Source: a bacterium (lineage in GTDB: Bacteria; Patescibacteriota; Microgenomatia; Levybacterales; UBA12049). Taken from it: a stretch of 64,000 nucleotides of DNA. Position numbers and translations under genes: made by a program. Below are positions 19,168 through 29,563 of this stretch, piece after piece. Positions within the stretch are counted from its first letter, which is position 1, and each line of letters opens with the position of its first letter. The notes beneath the pieces were generated by a model. That model ran no database searches and was not told the DNA's origin. It saw only the letters and a list, made by a program, of their open reading frames with translations. The stretch covers positions 5,856 through 69,855 of the forward strand of contig JAJYWL010000001.1 in assembly GCA_021791545.1 (NCBI GenBank), in the 5' to 3' direction.

Positions 19168-19368
19168 TTATTCAGCTTTTTTCTCTTTAACTTTTATTGC
19201 AACAACCTCTTTACCCTTGTAGAAACCACAGTTTCTGCAAACTGTATGTGGTGCAACAGGGCTGCCGCAATTAGGGCATGAGAAAGATTTAACAGCTGAA
19301 AGTCTAATGCTAGCTCTTCTTTTTCCCTGTCTTGCTCTACTATGTCTTTTCTTTGGTTCTTGTGGCAT
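19168..19368 (-). CDS. rpmF: 50S ribosomal protein L32
   Basis: MPQEPKKRHSRARQGKRRA...CPNCG...HTVCRNCGFYKG zinc-ribbon L32 pattern. Confidence 0.8.
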   Translation of the reverse strand: MPQEPKKRHSRARQGKRRASIRLSAVKSFSCPNCGSPVAPHTVCRNCGFYKGKEVVAIKVKEKKAE

Positions 19369-19414
19369 AACGAATATTTTACTTCATTTAGCTTGTAGTT
19401 GCAATACTTCAGTA

Positions 19415-21424
19415 TCAATCCGGAGAAACTAATGATTTATTTATCAAGGCAACTTTTTCCATTAGTTCCGGATTATTTTCCATTTCAGGGAATATAATCT
19501 CCGCTTCAGTTCTTGCTTTTTTAACTAAATCAAAATCTGAAAAATCAGCTACTTTGAATATTTCTTTGCCATGCTGCATGGTTCCATATATTTGTCCGGG
19601 ACCTCTTAATTTTAAATCAAGCTCTGCAAGTTCTGGCCCAAAGTATATTGTTTCCATTGACCTTATTCTTTCCAGAGTTGAAGGATTTTTTGCATCCGTA
19701 AAGAGAAGGCAATAGGATTGTTTCTCTCCCCTACCCACTCTCCCTCTTAATTGATGTAACTGAGCAAGACCGAATCTTTGAGATTCTTCTATCATCATAA
19801 TTGTTGCATTAGGAATATCTATACCAACTTCTACAACGGGAGTTGAAACCAAAATGTCGTATTTCTTATCTTTAAAATCTCTAAGAATTTCTTCTTTTTC
19901 TCCCGCTTTCATCTTTCCGTGTAATAGTGCAAGTCTAAGGCTTGGGAAAACCTCTTTTCTTAGTCTTTCAAATTCTTTTGTTGCTGCTTTTACCGACACC
20001 ATATTTTCCGACTCTTCTATTAAAGGACAGATGATGAAAACTTGATCCCCTTCTTTCACTTGTTTTTCTATCCATTCATATGCTCCCTCTCTTTTCTCAG
20101 GAGGCACAAGCCAGGTTTTTACTTTTTTTCTTCCTTTTGGCATTTCGTCTAAAAATGATAAATCCAAATCGCCATAGATAGTTAGAGCTACAGTTCTTGG
20201 TATGGGAGTTGCGGTCATGGTGAGAACATGGGGATTTTCTCCTTTTTGTCTTAGGATTGTTCTTTGTTCTACTCCGAACCTTTGTTGTTCGTCTATTACT
20301 ACAAAGCCTAAATTATCAAATTTTATTTTTGAAGAGATTAGGGCGTGTGTTCCCACATAAACATCTGCATTTTTCTTTCCTTTGGAAGAGTGTGTAATAA
20401 GTTCAACTTTTATTTTGAAAGGTTCCAAAAGTTTAGATATAGTATGAAAATGTTGTTGAGCCAATATTTCTGTAGGAGCCATTAAAGCAGATTGAAAACC
20501 ATTTAGGTAAGAGACAAGGATTCCTGCTGCGGCAACAACAGTTTTTCCGCTTCCAACTTCTCCTTCCAGAAGACGATTCATCGGTTTATCCTTTTTAAAG
20601 TCTTCGAGTATTTCGTTTATTGCTTTTTCCTGTGCTTTTGTAAGCTCAAAGGGAAGACTTCCTTTGAATTTAGTTAATTCTTTTTGAAAATTCTCAACTT
20701 TGAAAGGCTTCTTAATTATCTTTTTATTCCACTCGGTTTTTCTAAAAAGAGAAGAAAGTTGAAGCAAAAATAGTTCGTCGAAAGAAAGTCTTTCTTTAGC
20801 TTTTTCTGCTTCTTCCATTGTTTTGGGAAAATGAATTTTCTCCAAAGCATCTCTTAAATCTAAGAGACTGTTTCTTTCTATAGTTTTGGAAGGTAAAAAC
20901 TCTTTAATTTCATCTTTAGACTCGGATAGAGCTTTAAATACTTGTCTCCTTAACCATTTGGATGAGACTCCTTTTGTTTCCGGATATATTGGGACAAGTC
21001 TTCCAGTATGGAGCATGTTCTCACTGACTACCTCATAATCCGGAGATTGCATGGATGGTTTATTATGAAAGCTTTCAACTTTTCCCGAAAAAGAAACAAA
21101 ATCATCTTTTATTATCGTTTTGGGAATAAAAGGTTGATTAAACCAAGTTATCTCTATTTCTCCTGTTTCGTCTTTTACTTTTGCTTTCTGAATGGTTTTA
21201 AATCTTCTGGTGTACTGGTTTTTAATTTCAACAACTTCTCCTTTTAACGTTACGGTTTCTCCAGGTTGTACCTGACCTATTTTAGAAACCAAAGAATAGT
21301 CCTCGTATCTAAAAGGTGTGTGGAAAAGAAAATCTTCTATTTTAAAAATTCCTAACTTTGCGAGTCTTGAAGCATACATTTTATATGCCTTTGAGGCCTG
21401 GGCAATAGGTGTTTGTAAATCCAT
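19415..21424 (-). CDS. recG: ATP-dependent DNA helicase RecG
   Basis: N-terminal wedge/OB domain, helicase motifs GEVGSGKTVVA, DEQQRFGV, TATPIPRT and the C-terminal RecG motif. Confidence 0.9.
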   Translation of the reverse strand: MDLQTPIAQASKAYKMYASRLAKLGIFKIEDFLFHTPFRYEDYSLVSKIGQVQPGETVTLKGEVVEIKNQYTRRFKTIQKAKVKDETGEIEITWFNQPFIPKTIIKDDFVSFSGKVESFHNKPSMQSPDYEVVSENMLHTGRLVPIYPETKGVSSKWLRRQVFKALSESKDEIKEFLPSKTIERNSLLDLRDALEKIHFPKTMEEAEKAKERLSFDELFLLQLSSLFRKTEWNKKIIKKPFKVENFQKELTKFKGSLPFELTKAQEKAINEILEDFKKDKPMNRLLEGEVGSGKTVVAAAGILVSYLNGFQSALMAPTEILAQQHFHTISKLLEPFKIKVELITHSSKGKKNADVYVGTHALISSKIKFDNLGFVVIDEQQRFGVEQRTILRQKGENPHVLTMTATPIPRTVALTIYGDLDLSFLDEMPKGRKKVKTWLVPPEKREGAYEWIEKQVKEGDQVFIICPLIEESENMVSVKAATKEFERLRKEVFPSLRLALLHGKMKAGEKEEILRDFKDKKYDILVSTPVVEVGIDIPNATIMMIEESQRFGLAQLHQLRGRVGRGEKQSYCLLFTDAKNPSTLERIRSMETIYFGPELAELDLKLRGPGQIYGTMQHGKEIFKVADFSDFDLVKKARTEAEIIFPEMENNPELMEKVALINKSLVSPD

Positions 21425-21560
21425 AAGGTTTTAACGTGGAGCAGGGATAAATGCAAGAACTGAAGTAGCAATAAGCGCAAGTGAAGCAACTGCAACTATT
21501 ACTTTCCAAATCCATTGTTTTTCTCTGAGTGTTTCCATCTTAATTATTTTAACAAAAAAA

Positions 21561-22745
21561 TTAGGCCGGCTCAATCCTTACAAATTTTCTTTTGCCTACC
21601 TGAAGTATTGCTCCTCCGTTTTTTACGACGGTATCGAGTCCTACGTTATAGTCTTCTATTTTCTCGTTATTTATAAAAACACCGCCCTGCTCTATTAACC
21701 TTTTTGCTTCTGATTTACTTTGTGCAAGATTCGTTTCCAAAAGGGCATCTGCAATTGATTTAGAGATATCCAGTTTTACAGAAGGGATTTCATTTGGCAT
21801 TTCCTTATTCTGGACAGTTCTTTCAAAGTTATCTTTTGCTTTTTCTGCTTCTTCTTCGTTATGTAATTCTTTTACTATTTCAAAAGCCAAATCTTTTTTT
21901 ACATCTCTTGGGTTTTCGCTCTTAAGTCTTTTTTCGTATTCTTTTATTTCTTCTAAAGAAGTATCTGTTGCGAGTGTAAAGTATGTGATTATGAGATCGT
22001 CGTTTACCGCCATAACTTTTCCGTACACGTCCGAGGGGTCGTCATTAAGCCATATTGCATTCCCCCAAGACTTACTCATTTTTCTTCCGTCAGGTCCTTC
22101 GAGTATCGGAGTCGTAAGTACATATGACTCTTTGTTTCTTAAATCTTTCTGAAGGGTTCGTCCTGCCTGCATGTTAAACGTTTGATCTGTTCCTCCGACT
22201 TGAAGGTCTGTATCCATGAAATAACTATCATAGCCTTGCATGACCGGATAAAGGAATTCATGAAGTCCCACTCTTTTTCCGTCACTTAATCTTTTCTTAA
22301 CAAGTTCTCTTCCTACAAAATCACCTACGGAAAAATGTTGGGATAATTTAACAATATCTTCAAAAGTTAGCTTTTTAAGCCATTCGCTGTTATATCTTAT
22401 TTTTACTTTCGAAAAATCCAGTACTTTTTGAGCTTGTTTTTTGTAGTCCTGGAAATTTTCTTCTATCTCTTTTGGGCTAAGCATCGGTCTTTCCGATTCT
22501 TTGTCCGAGGTGTCCCCTATCAATGCGGTAAAATCTCCTATTACCAAAGTCACATTGTGTCCTAATTTTGCAAATTCATTTAGTTTTCTGAGTCCTACTG
22601 CGTGTCCCAAATGAATTTTGGTAGAGGTGGGGTCAATACCCATGTAGATGTTCAGCTTTTTATCTTTTTTTAGTGCTTTTTCGAGTTCAATTTTTCCCGG
22701 AATTATGTTCGCAACTCCCCTTGTTAAAATTTCTTCAATGTCCAT
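21561..22745 (-). CDS. tyrS: tyrosyl-tRNA synthetase
   Basis: HIGH-like HLGH, KMSKS, class I Rossmann fold and a C-terminal S4-like domain (RLIEQGGVFINNEKI). Confidence 0.85.
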   Translation of the reverse strand: MDIEEILTRGVANIIPGKIELEKALKKDKKLNIYMGIDPTSTKIHLGHAVGLRKLNEFAKLGHNVTLVIGDFTALIGDTSDKESERPMLSPKEIEENFQDYKKQAQKVLDFSKVKIRYNSEWLKKLTFEDIVKLSQHFSVGDFVGRELVKKRLSDGKRVGLHEFLYPVMQGYDSYFMDTDLQVGGTDQTFNMQAGRTLQKDLRNKESYVLTTPILEGPDGRKMSKSWGNAIWLNDDPSDVYGKVMAVNDDLIITYFTLATDTSLEEIKEYEKRLKSENPRDVKKDLAFEIVKELHNEEEAEKAKDNFERTVQNKEMPNEIPSVKLDISKSIADALLETNLAQSKSEAKRLIEQGGVFINNEKIEDYNVGLDTVVKNGGAILQVGKRKFVRIEPA

Positions 22746-22798
22746 TTATTTGAGTATATCACAGGGGTTTGCCATGCTCAATAAATTGAGCTATACTA

Positions 22799-25195
22799 GT
22801 GCTTGTTATGGATTTTGCTAGATCCAGGAGACGAATTAGGTTTAGACTCCTCAATAATTGGTCAAGAATGACCAGAATAGAAAAGATAAATCTTCTTATT
22901 AGATATGCATTCTTCGGACTGATAGGTTTCATAGTTCTTACTGTTGTGCTTTTTCTTTGGTACGGAAGAGATTTGCCTACCCCTGGAAAGTTAACAAGCG
23001 CTCAGGCTTCTTCTTCAAGTGGAATTTACGATAGAAATGGAACACTTCTCTACTCTGTATATCAGAACCAGAACAGAATTTATGTGAAGCTTTCCGATAT
23101 ACCTAAATACTTACAAGAAGGAACAATAGCAATTGAAGACAAGAACTTCTATACCAACCAGGGATTCTCGATAACAGGATACATAAGAGCAGCTGTAAAT
23201 GTCGTTCTTTTAAGGGGTCTTTCCGGAGGATCAACCCTAACCCAGCAGCTTGTTAAAAACTCGCTTCTTACTTCAGAAAGAACACTTCCAAGAAAGATCA
23301 AAGAGTTAATGCTTTCAATTCAGGTAGACAAGAAGTATACAAAAGATCAGATTTTGGAAATGTATCTAAATGATGTTCCGTATGGAGGGACGGCGGTAGG
23401 TGTTCAGACAGCCGCACAACAGTATTTTGGAAAAGACGTAAAGGATTTGGATCTTGCTCAAAGTGCTTTTCTTTCCGGTCTTCCCCAGAGCCCCAGTGTT
23501 TATTCTCCTTTTAGCGGAAACACATATTATTTGAATAGAACGAAATTAGTTTTAAGTGCAATGGTTGGTCAGGGATACATTACTCAAAAACAAGGAGACG
23601 ACGCGTATAAGGAAATTGCAAATTATAAATTTGAGCAAAAAGACATAGGAATTAAAGCTCCTCATTTTGTTATGTATATAAAACAACAACTGGAACAACA
23701 ATTCGGCGCTGCAGCTGTTGAAAATGGAGGACTTAGAGTGAAGACCTCCCTCGATTACAATATTGAAAAACAGGCTGAGGACATTGTTAAAGCTGAGATT
23801 GCAAAAGACAAAGACCTTAAAGTCGGAAACGGTGCGGCTATGGTAACAAACCCAAAGACAGGAGAAATACTTGCCATGGTCGGGAGTGAAGATTATTTTA
23901 ATACCCAAAACGACGGTAATTTCAATGCAGCTCTTGCCATGAGACAGCCGGGGTCTTCGTTAAAGCCTATAACCTATGCCGTCGGGCTTAGCAAAGGATA
24001 TACTGCTGCCACTATGTTTATGGATGTCGCTACAAATTTTAAAGCAAACGACCAGGAAAAAGATTATATACCTGTTAACTATGACGGAAAATACAGGGGG
24101 CCTATTCAGATGAGATTTGCTTTGGCAAATTCAATTAACGTGCCAGCAGTAAAAATGCTCGCAATGGTCGGAATCAAGAATGTAATGCAAAAAGCTTACG
24201 ATATGGGTATTTCAGACTGGCAGCCTACAGACGCGAATCTTAAGGACGTGGGATATTCCCTTGTTTTGGGAGGAAGAGATGTAAGATTAATAGATGAAAT
24301 GCAGGCATATGGAGTTTTTGCAAACCAGGGTCTTAAGCAGCCTCTAGTTTCGATACTCGAAGTAGATGATTCAAAGGGAAATGTCCTTTATAAATACAAT
24401 CCCCCGTCTCCTCAGCGAGTATTGTCTCAGGAAGTAGCCTTCCTGATATCTCATATACTTTTGGATAATACGGCTAGAAGTATGGAATTTGGACCATATT
24501 CACAGTTGGTGGTTGCCGGTCATCCCAGCGTCTCGGTAAAAACAGGAACAACAAACGATATTAAGGATAACTGGACAATAGGATATACACCTGATTATGT
24601 GGTAGGTGTTTGGGTGGGAAACAATGACAATACCCCCATGAGCAGAGTCGCTTCGGGAATAACGGGTGCAGCTCCGATATGGAATAGGATTATAAGCTAT
24701 GTTCTTAAAGATAAAAAAGATAATCCTCCACAAAAACCCAATGACGTTATTGCAATGCAGATAGATGCATTAAGCGGCGGATTGCCTAAAGACGGACAGG
24801 CCACAAGAAGTGAGTATTTCATTCAAGGAACACAACCTACGGCTCAGGGTGTAATTTATCAGAAAGTTAAACTTTCAAAACATCAGCAGGGAAAACTTGC
24901 TGATTCATCCGAGATTCAGGCAGGAGATTATGATACCAAGGATTACATTATCTTTAAGGAAAATGACCCTATCTCGACAGACGGAAAAAACAGATGGCAA
25001 GAAGGCATAGATGCTTGGATTCATTCTACCTATGCAGCCGATCATCCCGAATATTATCCCCCTACAGATACATCAACTTATCAGGAAAATTCAAATAACA
25101 ATAATTCTACCCCTACTCCAACGCCTTCTGCTTCTCCTTCTCCGAGTGCTTCGTTAACGCCTATCCCGTCGGCATCACCGACACTTCCGATATAA
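22799..25195 (+). CDS. bifunctional penicillin-binding protein 1A (glycosyltransferase GT51 + transpeptidase)
   Basis: N-terminal TM; GT51 motifs EDKNFYTNQG, GGSTLTQQLVKN, RKIKE; transpeptidase SxxK (SSLKP), SxN, KTG. C-terminal Pro/Ser/Thr-rich tail; true start may be an internal Met. Confidence 0.85.
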   Translation: MLVMDFARSRRRIRFRLLNNWSRMTRIEKINLLIRYAFFGLIGFIVLTVVLFLWYGRDLPTPGKLTSAQASSSSGIYDRNGTLLYSVYQNQNRIYVKLSDIPKYLQEGTIAIEDKNFYTNQGFSITGYIRAAVNVVLLRGLSGGSTLTQQLVKNSLLTSERTLPRKIKELMLSIQVDKKYTKDQILEMYLNDVPYGGTAVGVQTAAQQYFGKDVKDLDLAQSAFLSGLPQSPSVYSPFSGNTYYLNRTKLVLSAMVGQGYITQKQGDDAYKEIANYKFEQKDIGIKAPHFVMYIKQQLEQQFGAAAVENGGLRVKTSLDYNIEKQAEDIVKAEIAKDKDLKVGNGAAMVTNPKTGEILAMVGSEDYFNTQNDGNFNAALAMRQPGSSLKPITYAVGLSKGYTAATMFMDVATNFKANDQEKDYIPVNYDGKYRGPIQMRFALANSINVPAVKMLAMVGIKNVMQKAYDMGISDWQPTDANLKDVGYSLVLGGRDVRLIDEMQAYGVFANQGLKQPLVSILEVDDSKGNVLYKYNPPSPQRVLSQEVAFLISHILLDNTARSMEFGPYSQLVVAGHPSVSVKTGTTNDIKDNWTIGYTPDYVVGVWVGNNDNTPMSRVASGITGAAPIWNRIISYVLKDKKDNPPQKPNDVIAMQIDALSGGLPKDGQATRSEYFIQGTQPTAQGVIYQKVKLSKHQQGKLADSSEIQAGDYDTKDYIIFKENDPISTDGKNRWQEGIDAWIHSTYAADHPEYYPPTDTSTYQENSNNNNSTPTPTPSASPSPSASLTPIPSASPTLPI

Positions 25196-25225
25196 AATCT
25201 AAATTGATAAAATTTTGGGGAGAAA

Positions 25226-27172
25226 TTATTTCAAAGAAGCACCAAATTTTTCCTTGAGGTCACTGATTATTTTTTCTCTTATTTGTGAGACTTCTTCTGT
25301 TGTAAGATTTTTCTCTGGATCTTGATAGACTATATGAAAAGTTCTTGAGTTATCGTATTGATCCATCAATTCGACCTCGGTAATAAGTTTTGATTTGCTT
25401 TTTATTTCGTCAATTACAGATTTAGTCTCTATCGATTTTGAGATATTAAATGACAAATCTTCTACTATCGGAGGGAATTTACTCAATGGTTTAAATATTT
25501 TCTTTAATGATGCATTCTTTAGGATTAATTCAAAGTTTAATTCGAAATCGATAAGATTATTATCAAGGATTTCTATCTCTCCCAAATACTCTTTTCCAAC
25601 ATATAATGATGCTCCTATCCCTGTTTTATCTGATGATTTAAATTCTAAGTCTTTTATGCCAAGATCAGTGAGTAATTGCTCTATAAGACCTTTAACTTCA
25701 TAGAAATTTGCTTTCTCTTTTTTTACCACTCCTGCTAATGTCAAAAGTTCTTGGGGTAAATCTCCTTTTCTTTTGTGATATACATTTGCGATTTCAAAAA
25801 TCTTTATCGTCTCCTGTTCTTTATTGTCAGAAACTACTTTTAATAGGCTTGGAACCAGAGTTTTTCTCATGTAGACGAATTCTTCATTTAATGGATTATT
25901 GATCTCTACCGCTTCTTCCAAGGGTCCCTCAAAGAGTTCTGTCGAGACGAATGAATATGTATATACCTCCGTAAAACCCCAATACTTGAATGCTTGTTTT
26001 ACTCTTTTTTCCCAATAAAACCCATCTGCAAATCTATGAGCAACGACCTTGGTCTGAGGCGGAAGAATATTTGGAAGATTTTCGTATCCCTGAAGTCTTG
26101 CTATTTCTTCTATGAGGTCTTCTTCTATCTCTATATCCCCAAGTCTAAACGAAGGAACAACAACTTCAATACTTTCTTTTAGAAGTTTTGCTTCGAATCC
26201 GAGATCTTTAAGGGCTTTTAGTGCTTTTTGGGGTTCAATTTCTATTCCGATTAGTTTATTTATTCTTGAAAGTCTCACGCTTACAGTTTTTTCTTTGACT
26301 TTATTTGGATAAATATCTGTTATCTCGGATATTAATTTCCCTTTAGCATTTTTTTCAAAAAGTTCTATTCCCAAAAGAAGAGCTTTATATGCAAGTTCAC
26401 TGTCTATATTCTTTTCGTTAAGAACCGCCGCTTCTGTTCTTATTCCAAGCGACATTGACGCTTTCCTTATTCTAGTGGGTTCATTCGTGTTTATGAAGTA
26501 AAGAATCCTTTTTGTTTTTTCCGTGACTACGCTATTTTCAAGACCCATTATTCCTAAAAGATCTACTATTCTTCCGTTGTCATCTACCGCAACTATTTCT
26601 CCGCCTCTTAAAACATATTTTTTGTTATCCAAAGTTTCTATGGTTTCGCCGCTTTTTGCTTCTCTCACTGTAAGGGTTTTGGTATTTAATCTATCCAAAT
26701 CAAAAACATGGGTCGGGTGGCCTATTTCCTTCATTACATAGTTGGTCACATCTATTACGTTATTAAGACTTCTCGTTCCGGACCTTTCAATTCTTTCTCT
26801 AGTTTCTTTTGATGAATCGCCTACTTCAACTTTCATTGCTACTGCCAATAGTCTGTTTACAAGTTTAGGATCACTTGTTATCTCGATTAATTTATCTTTG
26901 GGGGTTTCCGGTGTTTTTAATCTCGGTTCTTCGTAAGAAGCATTAATTCCATGCTGATTCAAGGCAGCTGCAGCTTCCCTTGCGATTCCTGTTACAGAGG
27001 CTAAATCCGGTCTATTTGTAGTTACTTCAATATCGTATATATAATCATCCCCTGATTTTTCAATTCTATCTACAGAAACGCTTGTAGCAGACAAAATCTC
27101 TCCTATTTTCTCGGGATTTGCTTTTGTTTTTAGAAAGTCTCTTAACCAGCTATCTAATATTTTTATATCCAT
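25226..27172 (-). CDS. pheT: phenylalanyl-tRNA synthetase beta subunit (short form lacking N-terminal tRNA-binding domain)
   Basis: B3/4, B5, FDX-ACB-like domains by sequence pattern; immediately downstream of pheS with a 1-nt gap. Confidence 0.85.
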   Translation of the reverse strand: MDIKILDSWLRDFLKTKANPEKIGEILSATSVSVDRIEKSGDDYIYDIEVTTNRPDLASVTGIAREAAAALNQHGINASYEEPRLKTPETPKDKLIEITSDPKLVNRLLAVAMKVEVGDSSKETRERIERSGTRSLNNVIDVTNYVMKEIGHPTHVFDLDRLNTKTLTVREAKSGETIETLDNKKYVLRGGEIVAVDDNGRIVDLLGIMGLENSVVTEKTKRILYFINTNEPTRIRKASMSLGIRTEAAVLNEKNIDSELAYKALLLGIELFEKNAKGKLISEITDIYPNKVKEKTVSVRLSRINKLIGIEIEPQKALKALKDLGFEAKLLKESIEVVVPSFRLGDIEIEEDLIEEIARLQGYENLPNILPPQTKVVAHRFADGFYWEKRVKQAFKYWGFTEVYTYSFVSTELFEGPLEEAVEINNPLNEEFVYMRKTLVPSLLKVVSDNKEQETIKIFEIANVYHKRKGDLPQELLTLAGVVKKEKANFYEVKGLIEQLLTDLGIKDLEFKSSDKTGIGASLYVGKEYLGEIEILDNNLIDFELNFELILKNASLKKIFKPLSKFPPIVEDLSFNISKSIETKSVIDEIKSKSKLITEVELMDQYDNSRTFHIVYQDPEKNLTTEEVSQIREKIISDLKEKFGASLK

Positions 27173-27173
27173 A

Positions 27174-28208
27174 TTAAAATTGCTCCAAAAATTCCAACTT
27201 ATTTGAATAAATAAGTCTTAAGTCGTCCAGTTCTAGTCCTTCTTTCATCATCATGCATCTTTCCGGTCCGAAGCCGAAAGCAAATCCTGTGTATTCTTGA
27301 GGATCAATACCTCCTGCTTTTAGTACATTAGGATGTACCATTCCTGCTCCGCCAAGTTCGAGCCATCCTGATTTACATACCTTGCATCCCTTGCCGTTAC
27401 AGACTCCGCATGAAACATCTACTTCAAACGAGGGTTCTGTAAATTGGAAATGATAGGGTCTTATCCTTGATTTTCTGTTTTCACCGAAGAATGATTTTAC
27501 AAAATAATCTAGAGTACCCTTCAGATGTGTTATAGCTATATCTTTGTCTATTACCAAACCTTCAAACTGATGAAACATAGGTACGTGGGAAATATCGGAT
27601 TGTCTCCTATATGTTTTTGCTATGTTTAACATTCTTATAGGAGGTTTTCTTCTTTGCATTTCTCTTATCTGCCCCGAAGATGTATGTGGAGTAAGTATCA
27701 TGGGACCATATTTAGGATGAACTTCTTCTTTTATGAAGAAGGTTTCCCAGTCATCTCTTGCAGGATGATTTTTGGGAAAGTTTAGTGCTTCAAACGAGTA
27801 CCAATCCCATTCAACTTCCGGATATCTTACTCTTTCGAAACCTATCTTCTCGAATATGTCGGTTATCTCATCAATTGCCTGTGTGACAAGGTGTAGATGC
27901 CCAAGAGGAGGTTTTATTCCCGGATTGGTTACATCAATCTTTTCTCTTATTTTTTCCTTTACGGAACCTTTTAGGGTTTTTGCCTGGTTTAGTATCGCTT
28001 CTTCTAAAGCCTCTTTTACTTCGTTTGCTAGCATCCCGAACTCTTTTCTTTTTTCGGGTGGAACTTTTGTAATTTTTTTTAGAGCAAGAGTTAATTTACC
28101 GTTTCGTCCTAAAAATTGTAGTTTTAATTCCTCAAGCTCCTTCTCCTCTTTGGCGTCGAGTATCAAGGGTATAGCAGAGTTTTTAATTGAAATGAGTTCT
28201 TCTTCCAT
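27174..28208 (-). CDS. pheS: phenylalanyl-tRNA synthetase alpha subunit
   Basis: Class II motifs 2 and 3 (RPYHFQFTEPSFEVD, GFAFGFGPERCMMM). Confidence 0.9.
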   Translation of the reverse strand: MEEELISIKNSAIPLILDAKEEKELEELKLQFLGRNGKLTLALKKITKVPPEKRKEFGMLANEVKEALEEAILNQAKTLKGSVKEKIREKIDVTNPGIKPPLGHLHLVTQAIDEITDIFEKIGFERVRYPEVEWDWYSFEALNFPKNHPARDDWETFFIKEEVHPKYGPMILTPHTSSGQIREMQRRKPPIRMLNIAKTYRRQSDISHVPMFHQFEGLVIDKDIAITHLKGTLDYFVKSFFGENRKSRIRPYHFQFTEPSFEVDVSCGVCNGKGCKVCKSGWLELGGAGMVHPNVLKAGGIDPQEYTGFAFGFGPERCMMMKEGLELDDLRLIYSNKLEFLEQF

Positions 28209-28318
28209 TACTATATAAGAATAACAGATTCGAGCTCAATTTTCATTATATGGTTTTACAATTTTCATACACATTTAATTTGATTTTTTAATCTTAGAAG
28301 AGTAAACTACAGGCCATT

Positions 28319-29014
28319 ATGACACCAGAAGTTTTGAGAACTGAATCCGAAAGGCAACAATATGGAGCGGTTATCGCTTTGGGTAAGAACTGGAGACTTG
28401 ATGATGAGAAAAATGTTATAGCTACGAGAAGAGGTTCAGAGTCCAGGATATATTTAAGTATTGAATCGAAACTAACCGCACTTGCTGCAGCACATATGTA
28501 TGTTTCGGGTGAAACGGGATTGATTATTTTTTCAACCGGAGCAACGGCAGGAAAAGACCCCTTAACAGGCAAACCCTTTCCCACAGAAGCTGACATGATG
28601 AGAAGCTTTGTAAGAAGATTTTATTCTGAAGATCAAATTCCAGATTCGGCAATGCTTGTAGAGAATAATTCATTTGATACTGCAGGTAACGCGGAAGAGA
28701 TAAAAAAGAAATTCATAGAACCCATGAACATACAAGATGCTGCAGTTCTGACTGTGGGGTTTCATCTCCCGAGAGCGATGAGGTTATTTAGAAGCTATGG
28801 AATGGATATAAGAGAAGGATTATCTTCGGAAGAAATACTTATTTCTCAAGGCTCAGATCATTTAAATAGATATATTGAGGCATATCATCAAACAGAAAGA
28901 TATAAAGATCTGGTTAAATTGGAAAAAAAAGTAGAATTATTTAGCAGATTTGATAGAAAAGGTAAAATAGTAAGGTTCGTTACTACAAGATCAAGACACA
29001 GAAGCGAAGGTTAG
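28319..29014 (+). CDS. DUF218 (YdcF/ElyC-like) domain protein
   Basis: IALGKNW...IFSTGATAGKD...TEADMMRSF...ENNSFDTAGNAEEI...VGFHLPRAMRLF matches the DUF218 pattern. Confidence 0.5.
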   Translation: MTPEVLRTESERQQYGAVIALGKNWRLDDEKNVIATRRGSESRIYLSIESKLTALAAAHMYVSGETGLIIFSTGATAGKDPLTGKPFPTEADMMRSFVRRFYSEDQIPDSAMLVENNSFDTAGNAEEIKKKFIEPMNIQDAAVLTVGFHLPRAMRLFRSYGMDIREGLSSEEILISQGSDHLNRYIEAYHQTERYKDLVKLEKKVELFSRFDRKGKIVRFVTTRSRHRSEG

Positions 29015-29364
29015 TTGGAAGCTTTCGAGGAATCAATTATTTTTTTGAAAGTTTCTGGATCATTCATTATTATTTCGCTTAATACTTTTCTATCTAAGGC
29101 AATACTTGCTTTCTTTAATTGATTTGTAAGTTTGCTATATGAAAGACCTTCTTTTTTTGCAGCTTCACCTATTCTTGTAATCCATAAAGCTCTCATATCT
29201 CTTTTTCTGTTTTTTCTTCCTTGATATGCATAAGCTCTTGCGTGAAGTTCTGCTTCTTTTGCAACTTTTACAAGTTTAGATTTAGTACCTCTATAACCTT
29301 TTGTAAGGCCTAAAAGCTTATTATGTTTTTTCTTTGATATTGTTCCTCTTTTTACTCTCGCCAT
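29011..29364 (-). CDS. rplT: 50S ribosomal protein L20
   Basis: MARVKRGT...KGYRG....; classic thrS-infC-rpmI-rplT context. Confidence 0.9.
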   Translation of the reverse strand: MARVKRGTISKKKHNKLLGLTKGYRGTKSKLVKVAKEAELHARAYAYQGRKNRKRDMRALWITRIGEAAKKEGLSYSKLTNQLKKASIALDRKVLSEIIMNDPETFKKIIDSSKASN

Positions 29365-29365
29365 T

Positions 29366-29563
29366 TTATTTTGCTCCTAAAATTTGTTTTATTTTGTTTG
29401 CAAATTCACCGGTTAAAACTCCGGGTTCGCCCTGTCTTCTTATTCTGGATTGAGATTTGCTTGCTTTCTTATGTCTTCCATATTGATGAGCAAACAAAAC
29501 CTTTCCGGTCTTTGTAACCTTAAATCTTTTAGATGCTGCTTTCTTGATTTTCTTCTTTGACAT
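29366..29563 (-). CDS. rpmI: 50S ribosomal protein L35
   Basis: MSKKKIKKAASKRFKVTKTGKV.... Confidence 0.9.
   Translation of the reverse strand: MSKKKIKKAASKRFKVTKTGKVLFAHQYGRHKKASKSQSRIRRQGEPGVLTGEFANKIKQILGAK

Noticed and set aside
21431-21538. 35-aa hydrophobic mini-ORF (METLREKQWIWKVIVAVASLALIATSVLAFIPAPR) between tyrS and recG on the minus strand
   Set aside because: Plausible small membrane peptide, but there is no SD or conservation evidence. Too short to call from sequence alone.
25081-25195. PT/PS-rich tail of PBP1A (TPTPTPSASPSPSASLTPIPSASPTLPI) as a DNA tandem repeat
   Set aside because: This is protein-level low complexity similar to the pilin PT-linker, a likely surface-exposed linker rather than a nucleotide repeat or mobile element.
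28209-28318. Possible T-box leader upstream of pheS
   Set aside because: The intergenic region is only about 110 nt, and no T-box consensus (AATTAGGGTGGNACCGCG) or specifier/antiterminator structure is visible.
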